A DNA stretch of 32,000 nucleotides from Corynebacterium glutamicum ATCC 13032 (lineage in GTDB: Bacteria > Actinomycetota > Actinomycetes > Mycobacteriales > Mycobacteriaceae). Below are positions 25,313 to 32,000 of this stretch, piece after piece (within the stretch, counting starts at the first letter, position 1; every line of letters begins with the position of its first letter). Location: assembly GCF_000011325.1 (NCBI RefSeq), contig NC_003450.3, positions 2,910,001 through 2,942,000 on the forward strand, read 5' to 3'. Made by a program: the position numbers and the translations under genes. Below the pieces are notes generated by a model, which was not told where the DNA came from, did no database searches, and saw nothing but the letters and a program-made list of their open reading frames with translations.

Positions 25313-26506
25313 CTAAGCGAACTTCACCGCGTACCTAGCGATAGCTAACTCTTCATTAGTTGGAATAACAAACACCTTCACCTTGGAGGCATCGGTGGAA
25401 ATCAATCGAGGACCATCGTTTGGCAATGCGTTACGCTCTGGATCGATCTCAATTCCGTACATTTCCAAACCTGCCAAGGCATCCTCACGGACAAACTGGG
25501 CATTTTCACCGACACCGGCGGTGAACACGATGGTGTCTACCCGTCCCAGTGCCACCATGTAGGAACCGAGGTAGCGGCGGAGTTGGTGTATGTAAATGTT
25601 GTACGCGGACCAGGCATCTTGATCATTGTTGTCGATCATTTCCCGCAGTTCACGGAAATCATTAACACCGGAAAGTCCCTTTACACCCGACTTTTTGTTC
25701 AGCAGATTATCGATCTCATCGATGCTCATGCCAGCGGTGCGGGAAAGGTGGAAGACGATACCTGGATCAATGTCACCGCTTCGGGTACCCATGACAAGGC
25801 CCGCGAGAGGTGTCATACCCATGGAAGTATCTACCGCACGGCCACCTTGAACAGCAGCCATGGATGCGCCGTTGCCCAGGTGGAAGGTGATGGTGTTGAT
25901 GTCTTCGGTGGGCTTTTCCAGAATTTCCACCACGCGCTTGGACACAAATTCATGGGAGGTGCCGTGGAAACCATAGCGCCTGATTCCGTGTTCAGCTGCG
26001 ACATCCTTGTTGATGGCATACAGCGCAGCTGCTGGTGGAAGTGAGTGGAAGAAACCGGTGTCAAAGACAGCTACGTGTGGGACATCGGGGAGAATTTTTC
26101 GAGCAACATCAATGCCGTCAACGTTTGCAGGGTTGTGCAGTGGTGCGAGTGGAATGAGATCGCGGATCATTTCCACGATTTCATCAGTGATAAGTTCCGG
26201 TGCGGAGAACAAGATTCCGCCGTGGACCACGCGGTGTCCAACTGCGGTGATTTCCAGTTGGGAAGGACCACAGTTGTGCTGGTCCATGAGATCGAACGCC
26301 AGGTTTAGGCCTTCGGAGTGATCTGCGATGGGTGTCTCTAGGGTATATTTTTCACCCTCTATTTTGAGTACGATGCGGCCGTTTGGCTCACCAATCTGCT
26401 CCACAAGACCAGAAACATATGGCTCGTCGATGGCAGAGTTTTCGGGGTTGACCAGCTGGAATTTGATGGAAGATGAACCGGAGTTCAAAACAAGTGCCAA
26501 TGCCAT
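25313..26506 (-). CDS. ackA: Acetate kinase
   Basis: 397 aa. [18 protein letters not shown] is the canonical AckA N-terminus. Its ATG shares one base with the pta stop (TAATG). Confidence 0.95.
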   Translation of the reverse strand: MALALVLNSGSSSIKFQLVNPENSAIDEPYVSGLVEQIGEPNGRIVLKIEGEKYTLETPIADHSEGLNLAFDLMDQHNCGPSQLEITAVGHRVVHGGILFSAPELITDEIVEMIRDLIPLAPLHNPANVDGIDVARKILPDVPHVAVFDTGFFHSLPPAAALYAINKDVAAEHGIRRYGFHGTSHEFVSKRVVEILEKPTEDINTITFHLGNGASMAAVQGGRAVDTSMGMTPLAGLVMGTRSGDIDPGIVFHLSRTAGMSIDEIDNLLNKKSGVKGLSGVNDFRELREMIDNNDQDAWSAYNIYIHQLRRYLGSYMVALGRVDTIVFTAGVGENAQFVREDALAGLEMYGIEIDPERNALPNDGPRLISTDASKVKVFVIPTNEELAIARYAVKFA

Positions 26507-27891
26507 TAGCTGCGTCCTCCTGCCTGAATTGCTGTGATGGCTACTGTGTTGACGATGTCAGGGACTGTTGCGCCACGGGAAAGGTCGTTGACTGGTTTGT
26601 TTAGGCCCTGCAGAATCGGACCAACTGCCAGGGCGTGACCGGTGCGTTGTGCAGTTTTGTAGCCGATGTTTCCGGCTTCCAGGTCAGGGAAGATAAACAC
26701 ATTTGCCTGGCCAGCGACGTCAGAGTCTGGCATCTTCTTGCGCGCCACACCCGGGTCGACGGCGGCGTCGAACTGAAGTGGTCCATCGACGCATAGTTCT
26801 GGGTTAAGTCGGCGTGCTTCTGCAAGAGCGTCGATGGCGCGATCCACATCTGAGCCTCCGCCGGAGTTGCCAGTGGAGTAGGACAAGATGGCTACGCGAG
26901 GATCAATGCCAAATTGTGCTGCAGTTTTTGCTGACACAACGGCGATTTCACCAAGCTGTTCAGCAGTTGGGTTCGGGTTAACAGCACAGTCGCCGAATGC
27001 CCACAGTCGCCCGCGCAGCACCATGAGGAAGATGGAAGAAACGACGGATGCTTCTGGAACAGTTTTGATGATCTGGAAGCTTGGCTTAATGGTGTGTGCG
27101 GTGGTGTTTGCTGCACCGGATACCATTCCGTCGGCGTCGCCGTTGTGGACCATCATGGTGCCGAAGTAGGAAATATCCTTCATGATTTCGCGGGCTTCAT
27201 CGATAGTGACGCTCTTTGACTTGCGCAGCTCCGCGAATTGTTCGGCGAATTCCTCCAGGCGAGGATCTGTCAGCGGATTGACCAGGTATGCAGTGTTAAG
27301 GTGCAGGCCAAGTTCGGTAGCGCGCTCCTTGATCTTTACTGGATCGCCCAGGATCGTGATGTCACAGATGTCTTGATCAAGCAGCTGGTGGGCAGCCATC
27401 AAGATGCGGTCGTCGTCACCTTCTGGCAGCACAATGTGGGAGTGCTCTGCGCGTGCGCGCTTGAGCAGCCAGTTTTCAAAGAGTTCGGCGCTCATGACTG
27501 GTTCGAGGTTGCTGTGGTTGCGCACAGCCTTGCGCAGCTTATCCGGCATTGGCTCTTGTTCAGCGGTAAATGCTGCTGCAACAACTGCGCCGGCATTGTT
27601 TACCTGGGTGCGAGCAAGAGCAACGTGCTTGCCTTGCTTGTCTACCAGCAGTAGCACTGGGACGCCGAGGGCAGCGGCGACCTGGGCGTCGAAAAACGTG
27701 TTTCCTACACCGATGATGAGAGCTGGCCCCTCAGCGAGGAGGTCCGCCGCGAGAACTTTGGATACTTCTAGTTCTTCGTCGGGCAGGTAGGTGAGCCGAA
27801 CTCCAAGGTCTGCTGCTACTTCTTCCAAATCGAATCCATCGAAGCTGCGGTTGACCGTGGTGATCAGAGCTGAGGTCGGTGTGTCAGACAT
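26506..27891 (-). CDS. pta: Phosphate acetyltransferase
   Basis: ORF 26506..28029. ATG 27891 gives 461 aa with GAAAGG 8 nt upstream. The C-terminal PTA_PTB domain is present (...[20 protein letters not shown]..., [18 protein letters not shown]). Confidence 0.92.
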   Translation of the reverse strand: MSDTPTSALITTVNRSFDGFDLEEVAADLGVRLTYLPDEELEVSKVLAADLLAEGPALIIGVGNTFFDAQVAAALGVPVLLLVDKQGKHVALARTQVNNAGAVVAAAFTAEQEPMPDKLRKAVRNHSNLEPVMSAELFENWLLKRARAEHSHIVLPEGDDDRILMAAHQLLDQDICDITILGDPVKIKERATELGLHLNTAYLVNPLTDPRLEEFAEQFAELRKSKSVTIDEAREIMKDISYFGTMMVHNGDADGMVSGAANTTAHTIKPSFQIIKTVPEASVVSSIFLMVLRGRLWAFGDCAVNPNPTAEQLGEIAVVSAKTAAQFGIDPRVAILSYSTGNSGGGSDVDRAIDALAEARRLNPELCVDGPLQFDAAVDPGVARKKMPDSDVAGQANVFIFPDLEAGNIGYKTAQRTGHALAVGPILQGLNKPVNDLSRGATVPDIVNTVAITAIQAGGRS

Positions 27892-27910
27892 ACATCGCCT
27901 TTCTAATTTC

Positions 27911-27944
27911 AGCCTGAACCTTCTCATTGATGACACTTCAGGCT
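27911..27944 (-). promoter_or_regulatory. 8-bp inverted repeat (AGCCTGAA, 18 nt, TTCAGGCT) in the pta leader region
   Basis: Perfect arms at 27911-27918 and 27937-27944, lying 20-53 nt upstream of the pta ATG. It may be a 5'-UTR hairpin or an operator. Function is unknown. Confidence 0.3.
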
Positions 27945-28022
27945 TGTGCCTCCTGGCACTAATGAGGGGAGGTTGTGATTTCTTACATAGTTTAGCGTTC
28001 GTCCGCCTTGCGTACAGCCCGG

Positions 28023-28035
28023 TTTGCAAAGTTTT
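28023..28035 (-). promoter_or_regulatory. RamB-type box (AAAACTTTGCAAA on the pta-coding strand)
   Basis: Exact match to the 13-bp motif A(A/G)AACTTTGCAAA described for RamB upstream of pta-ack and aceA/aceB in C. glutamicum. It lies 132-144 nt upstream of the pta ATG. Confidence 0.7.
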
Positions 28036-28137
28036 ATTTTGTAATTTTCAAACCGATCTCAATTCCACGCTTTGAGCAGCACAAATGCTTATTGCCGTAG
28101 AAAACAATACGGAGCGGTTACAAGTTGCGAAGCACCC

Positions 28138-28150
28138 TTTGCAAAGTTTT
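28138..28150 (-). promoter_or_regulatory. Second RamB-type box, identical 13-mer
   Basis: The identical TTTGCAAAGTTTT (plus-strand reading) recurs 115 bp from the first copy. Confidence 0.7.
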
Positions 28151-28172
28151 TAGCGGTACTTTACAGCTCTTC

Positions 28173-28190
28173 ACCCCCCATTAATGGGGT
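28173..28190. promoter_or_regulatory. Candidate RamA site: C-run and G-run in a perfect 14-bp palindrome (CCCCATTAATGGGG)
   Basis: ACCCCCCA, TTAA, TGGGGT. This fits the described RamA pattern of tandem AC4-5(A/G/T) and (A/C/T)G4-6(T/C) elements separated by 4-5 nt, except that the C-run here has 6 C. Palindrome at 28176-28189. Confidence 0.4.
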
Positions 28191-28403
28191 CTATGAAAGC
28201 GCGCAGCGTGACAAATCTGACCCCAGCAAAGCCCCCAATACTCCCCGACTGGCCTTTATTAGTCTGCACTTACCACGTATCATGGAGGGTTGATAGCAGG
28301 GCACCATTAGCAGTCGCACCCCGATAGGAGTCGAATCTACAAGTGGAACCCCCGCTCACATACTCCACATTTTTTAGAACCCCTTTAAGGAATCGAACTT
28401 TAT

Positions 28404-29771
28404 ATGTCTCGCCCTTTGCGTGTTGCCGTTGTCGGTGCAGGTCCAGCAGGAATCTACGCGTCTGATTTGTTGATGAAATCCGACACGGACGTGCAGATTG
28501 ATCTTTTTGAACGTATGCCAGCGCCTTTCGGTTTGATCCGTTATGGTGTTGCGCCTGATCACCCTCGCATCAAGGGCATCGTGAAGTCCCTGCACAATGT
28601 GATGGACAAGGAGCAGCTGCGTTTCTTGGGCAACATTGAGGTCGGCAAGGACATCACTGTTGAGGAGTTGCGTGAGTTTTATGACGCGATCGTGTTCTCC
28701 ACTGGCGCTACTGGCGACCAGGATCTTCGGGTTCCAGGTTCTGATCTGGAAGGTTCGTGGGGCGCTGGCGAGTTCGTTGGTTTCTATGATGGCAACCCGA
28801 ACTTTGAACGCAACTGGGATCTTTCTGCTGAGAAGGTAGCGGTTGTTGGTGTCGGTAACGTGGCGTTGGACGTTGCTCGTATTTTGGCGAAGACTGGCGA
28901 TGAGCTGCTAGTTACTGAAATCCCTGACAATGTCTATGAGAGCTTGGCTAAGAATCAGGCTAAGGAAGTGCACGTTTTTGGTCGTCGTGGACCTGCTCAG
29001 GCGAAGTTCACTCCGTTGGAGCTGAAGGAACTTGACCATTCCGACACCATCGAGGTGATCGTGAACCCTGAGGACATTGATTACGATGCAGCTTCGGAGC
29101 AGGCTCGTCGTGATTCCAAGTCTCAGGACCTCGTGTGCCAGACTTTGGAAAGCTACGCGATGCGCGATCCTAAGGGCGCTCCTCACAAGCTGTTCATTCA
29201 CTTCTTTGAGTCCCCAGTGGAGATCCTCGGTGAGGACGGCAAGGTTGTTGGCCTCAAGACTGAGCGTACTCAGCTGGACGGCAACGGTGGCGTGACTGGC
29301 ACCGGCGAGTTCAAGACCTGGGATATGCAGTCAGTTTACCGCGCGGTAGGTTACCGTTCTGATGCGATCGAGGGTGTTCCTTTTGACGATGAGCGCGCGG
29401 TTGTCCCCAACGACGGCGGCCACATCATCGATCCTGAGGTCGGCTCCCCCATCACTGGCCTGTACGCCACTGGCTGGATCAAGCGTGGCCCAATTGGACT
29501 GATCGGCAACACCAAGTCCGACGCCAAGGAAACCACTGAGATGCTGCTTGCTGATCACGCTGCTGGTTCTTTGCCTGCGCCTGCAAAGCCTGAGTTGGAG
29601 TCCATCATTGAGTTCCTCGATGAGCGCAAGGTTGCGTTCACCACATGGGATGGCTGGCACCTGCTGGATGCTGCGGAGCGCGCGCTGGGTGAGCCTGAGG
29701 GCCGCGAGCGCAAGAAGATCGTTGAGTGGAATGACATGGTGCGCCATGCTCGTCCAGAATACGACATCTAA
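28404..29771 (+). CDS. fprA: Ferredoxin/adrenodoxin-NADP+ reductase (FprA type)
   Basis: 455 aa. The FAD-binding fold is VAVVGAGPAGIYA and the NADPH fold is VAVVGVGNVALDVARIL. It is collinear with mycobacterial FprA. Confidence 0.9.
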   Translation: MSRPLRVAVVGAGPAGIYASDLLMKSDTDVQIDLFERMPAPFGLIRYGVAPDHPRIKGIVKSLHNVMDKEQLRFLGNIEVGKDITVEELREFYDAIVFSTGATGDQDLRVPGSDLEGSWGAGEFVGFYDGNPNFERNWDLSAEKVAVVGVGNVALDVARILAKTGDELLVTEIPDNVYESLAKNQAKEVHVFGRRGPAQAKFTPLELKELDHSDTIEVIVNPEDIDYDAASEQARRDSKSQDLVCQTLESYAMRDPKGAPHKLFIHFFESPVEILGEDGKVVGLKTERTQLDGNGGVTGTGEFKTWDMQSVYRAVGYRSDAIEGVPFDDERAVVPNDGGHIIDPEVGSPITGLYATGWIKRGPIGLIGNTKSDAKETTEMLLADHAAGSLPAPAKPELESIIEFLDERKVAFTTWDGWHLLDAAERALGEPEGRERKKIVEWNDMVRHARPEYDI

Positions 29772-29787
29772 AGTCGCTTAAAGCCTC

Positions 29788-29825
29788 AAAAAAGGGCGCT
29801 GTTGGAGGTTAATCCACAGCGCCCT
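29788..29825. terminator. Strong hairpin just after fprA; canonical terminator shape only when read on the minus strand (A6 upstream on plus = U6 downstream on minus)
   Basis: A 10-bp stem pairs 29793-29802 with 29816-29825 and extends by 3 bp inside the loop. AAAAAA lies at 29788-29793. On the plus strand it is followed by GTGTGCACTC, which is not a U-tract. It may be bidirectional or a U-tract-less terminator for fprA. Confidence 0.55.
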
Positions 29826-29895
29826 GTGTGCACTCTATTAGTGAATATCCGGTGAATGCTCGTCCCTCGACTGTCTACTTAGTAGGTTTGCAGGC

Positions 29896-29901
29896 TAGTC
29901 T
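29896..29901 (+). promoter_or_regulatory. Candidate -10 hexamer (TAGTCT) positioned for a leaderless transcript of the ElaA-like gene
   Basis: TAGTCT ends 6 nt before the A of ATG 29908, with no SD sequence in between. Confidence 0.35.
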
Positions 29902-29907
29902 TTTGTC

Positions 29908-30456
29908 ATGACCCGATACTTTGCAGTTTCCAATCTTCAGGAGCTTGGCTCCCTCGAAGTACACAAATTGTACAAACTTCGTGTAGATATTTTCGTCCAC
30001 GAGCAGCAGACTCCGTACGCGGAGATCGATGACACCGATGCTGCCCCAACCACCAATCACATCCTGGTTTGGGAGCGCGCCGACGCCACCCCAACCAACC
30101 TCATCGGCTGCGCACGCCTCGCGCCCATCACCGCCGCCGAGCTTAAGGCGTACACCGGCAAGGGCATTTCGCTTGACGACGCCACCCCGCTCTCACAACT
30201 CGGCCGCGTAGCGGTGGCACAGGAAGGGCGGGGCTCGGGGCTCTCAGGTGAGCTCATGCGCAACGCGCTGCGTCTTGCATATGAGCAGTACCCCGACCGC
30301 GATGTTGTCCTGACCGCGCAGAAGCCTTTGGTAGATTTCTACGCAGAATACGGCTTTGAGGTCTTGGGTGAGGAATACCTTGACTCGGGTGTTCCTCACC
30401 TTCCGATGTTGCTCAAGGCTGATGAGCTTGAAAGGTTCTCAGACCTAGACGCCTAA
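29908..30456 (+). CDS. ElaA-like GNAT N-acetyltransferase
   Basis: 182 aa. The N-terminal LYKLRVDIFVHEQQTPYAEID is typical of the ElaA subfamily. The GNAT motif A region is GRVAVAQEGRGSGLSGELM. Confidence 0.8.
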   Translation: MTRYFAVSNLQELGSLEVHKLYKLRVDIFVHEQQTPYAEIDDTDAAPTTNHILVWERADATPTNLIGCARLAPITAAELKAYTGKGISLDDATPLSQLGRVAVAQEGRGSGLSGELMRNALRLAYEQYPDRDVVLTAQKPLVDFYAEYGFEVLGEEYLDSGVPHLPMLLKADELERFSDLDA

Positions 30457-31455
30457 TCCGTAGTCACTGGAACTCACCCACATCTCCTCGCCGGTCGCGG
30501 TGCGGAAACGCACCCGATCGCCGTCGAGTGTTACGGAGAGGGAGGCGTCGAGAAGCGAATTTGGCGCCTCAATGAGCTGGCGGCCGCGGAAATAGTCGAG
30601 GCCGGGGTTGCCCACTTGGGTGCCCATCAGGCTGAGTTTTCCGCCGGTGACCGTCAAATGAATGAGGTTGCTGCCGTCGTCCCAGCCGGGGGTGCTGAGT
30701 GTTTGGCACCAGAAATCTTGCGATCCCGGCGCGTCAAAGAAACATGACATGGCGTTGCCGTCACTGAACCGTAATTCCGCGATGTTGGAAAATGCCTGGT
30801 ACAAGCCACCTTGTGTGGTTAGTTCCGCGTCGCGCTGGGCATTTGAGAGCATCTCAAAACCCTGCGCGCTGATGCGGAATGTTTCATTGGTCGCGTACTT
30901 AATGCAGGAAATTTCATCGGCAGACTCGGTGAAACAAGCCATGGTGTGTAAATCGATGTAGGTTCCCGGCGGCAACGTGGTGTAATTTTCCGGCATGACA
31001 TGAGAAATCGCCGTGGTGTACTCAGCAAAACCTGGTCTGTTTTCCACATTTGTATCCGCCACTACGTAACCATCGTCGAATTGGCACGCACCCTGCACGA
31101 AACTCAACCGCCAATCGGTGGAGGGCTCCCGGTTGATAGGTGCGTCCTGTTCCATGGGGCGAAACTCACATTTAATGGTTCCATCAGCTGAGGAAAAACT
31201 CACCTGTCCAGGCTGATAACCACTGGAAAAGTGCCCCACATTTTGGCGAGTGTAGCGAGGCGTCAAGTTGATACCTTCTGCCTGCTGCGTGGTCGTTTCC
31301 GCAGGTGTCGTGGGTTGTGGTGGCTGCGCTGCCGTTTCAGAAGTAGGTTGCGGGGCGGTTTCTGTCACTGTTTCTGTAACCGGCGGCTGCGTATCAGAGC
31401 ATGCAACCACCGCAAGCGCCACGAATGGAATGATCGCTAACCACTTGGTTTTCAT
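30445..31455 (-). CDS. Putative lipoprotein of unknown function (six further Cys)
   Basis: ORF 30445..31509. ATG 31455 is preferred because AGGAG lies 7 nt upstream. It gives MKTKWLAIIPFVALAVVAC, a signal peptide plus lipobox, followed by a Thr/Pro/Gln-rich linker. The 3' end overlaps the convergent GNAT gene by 12 bp. Confidence 0.7.
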   Translation of the reverse strand: MKTKWLAIIPFVALAVVACSDTQPPVTETVTETAPQPTSETAAQPPQPTTPAETTTQQAEGINLTPRYTRQNVGHFSSGYQPGQVSFSSADGTIKCEFRPMEQDAPINREPSTDWRLSFVQGACQFDDGYVVADTNVENRPGFAEYTTAISHVMPENYTTLPPGTYIDLHTMACFTESADEISCIKYATNETFRISAQGFEMLSNAQRDAELTTQGGLYQAFSNIAELRFSDGNAMSCFFDAPGSQDFWCQTLSTPGWDDGSNLIHLTVTGGKLSLMGTQVGNPGLDYFRGRQLIEAPNSLLDASLSVTLDGDRVRFRTATGEEMWVSSSDYGLGV

Positions 31456-31469
31456 CAGTGCTCCTAAAA

Positions 31470-32000
31470 TTAGTGTGTGCCGGCTCCAAAATCGTGTGTG
31501 TTTGCCCAATACTGATTCCCCTGAGGCGTGGTCAGCGTGAGGGTGGTTCCATCAAATTCTGCACTCACACCGTTCGCGAGGAGATACGATCCCGGACCGA
31601 ATATTTGTTGAGATTTATAAACGCTTTGCGTTGGATTCGTGGGGCGAGCACCCTCAAACTCGGAGTCGGCCTGGTTCAGATTCCACCACAGGGTGTTGGC
31701 AGGGCCAGCTGAAGTTGACCAGCCTCCAGGACCACTGTTGTGGCACAAGAACTCTTCCGCCTGCAACTCACTGACACAGGTGATGCTGGTGCCATCGGTG
31801 AACTGGAAATTCGTCATTTTCGATAACGTTTGAACCTGGCCACTCGAATTAATTAGCTGCTCAGTGGCTTTTGCAGGATCAAGCTCATGGAAGCCCTGTT
31901 CATTCATGGTGAACGCCTGGTTGGAGGCGAAATCGAGACAACTAAACTCCGATACACTCGGCGCCCAACAACCCATGTGACCAAGATGCACCATCTCACC
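31470..32000 (-). CDS. Paralog of the downstream lipoprotein gene, 5'-truncated by the window edge
   Basis: The frame is open to position 32000. The C-terminal ~175 aa align with the neighbour (HMGCWAPSVSEFSCLDFASNQAFTMNEQGF against HTMACFTESADEISCIKYATNETFRISAQGF) and four Cys positions are conserved. Its stop lies 14 nt before the next ATG. Confidence 0.6.
   Translation of the reverse strand, partial: GEMVHLGHMGCWAPSVSEFSCLDFASNQAFTMNEQGFHELDPAKATEQLINSSGQVQTLSKMTNFQFTDGTSITCVSELQAEEFLCHNSGPGGWSTSAGPANTLWWNLNQADSEFEGARPTNPTQSVYKSQQIFGPGSYLLANGVSAEFDGTTLTLTTPQGNQYWANTHDFGAGTH

Noticed and set aside
27973-27988. GlxR/CRP-like site TGTGATTTCTTACATA upstream of pta
   Set aside because: Only the left half-site matches TGTGA-N6-TCACA. 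The right half (ACATA) matches 3 of 5 positions. This is too weak to call without binding data.
1-32000. Search for mobile elements, prophage, toxin-antitoxin, restriction-modification or other defence islands
   Set aside because: There are no transposase, integrase, recombinase, phage structural, nuclease/helicase-ATPase defence-type or small paired TA-like ORFs. Gene order matches conserved actinobacterial core synteny. The compositional patches affect housekeeping genes in place rather than marking inserted cargo.

Overview
The window reads as core chromosome of Corynebacterium glutamicum or a very close relative. That assignment rests on recognisable proteins and gene order, not on a database search. 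I call 29 protein genes and find no rRNA, tRNA, CRISPR array, transposase, integrase, phage gene or recognisable defence system.

Gene content, left to right:
- A six-gene Mrp Na+/H+ antiporter operon (mrpA/B fusion, C, D, E, F, G).
- A minus-strand block conserved in actinobacteria: DUF3263, LytR_C protein, GCS2 carboxylate-amine ligase, alpha/beta-fold protein.
- def, a GNAT protein (probable corynebacterial N-acetylglutamate synthase), xthA and cls.
- An MFS efflux pump and a Na/Pi-cotransporter-family protein.
- A tightly packed minus-strand unit: Nudix, ABC ATPase, ABC-2 permease, PhzF-like isomerase.
- The glnX-glnH-pknG signalling operon.
- pta-ackA, with two RamB-type boxes upstream.
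- fprA, an ElaA-like GNAT, and two tandem paralogous Cys-containing lipoprotein or secreted genes.

I found no novel gene system. The signals not explained by the annotation are:
1. Sharp switches in strand and synonymous-site composition that ignore gene borders. Plus-strand C/A-rich patches lie in mrpD 3' to mrpG, in xthA 3' through cls and the MFS gene, and in the 3' two-thirds of pknG. glnX, def, the GNAT gene and fprA are G/T-rich.
2. All three long convergent intergenic regions carry two tandem hairpin or repeat modules with a 72-73 bp period. They also share short motifs (TTTGTGGTGGATTTTTGC and GGCG(A)TTTAAGGGCC).
3. Several apparent leaderless-promoter geometries and convergent 3'-end overlaps.

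All functional statements are inferences from sequence.
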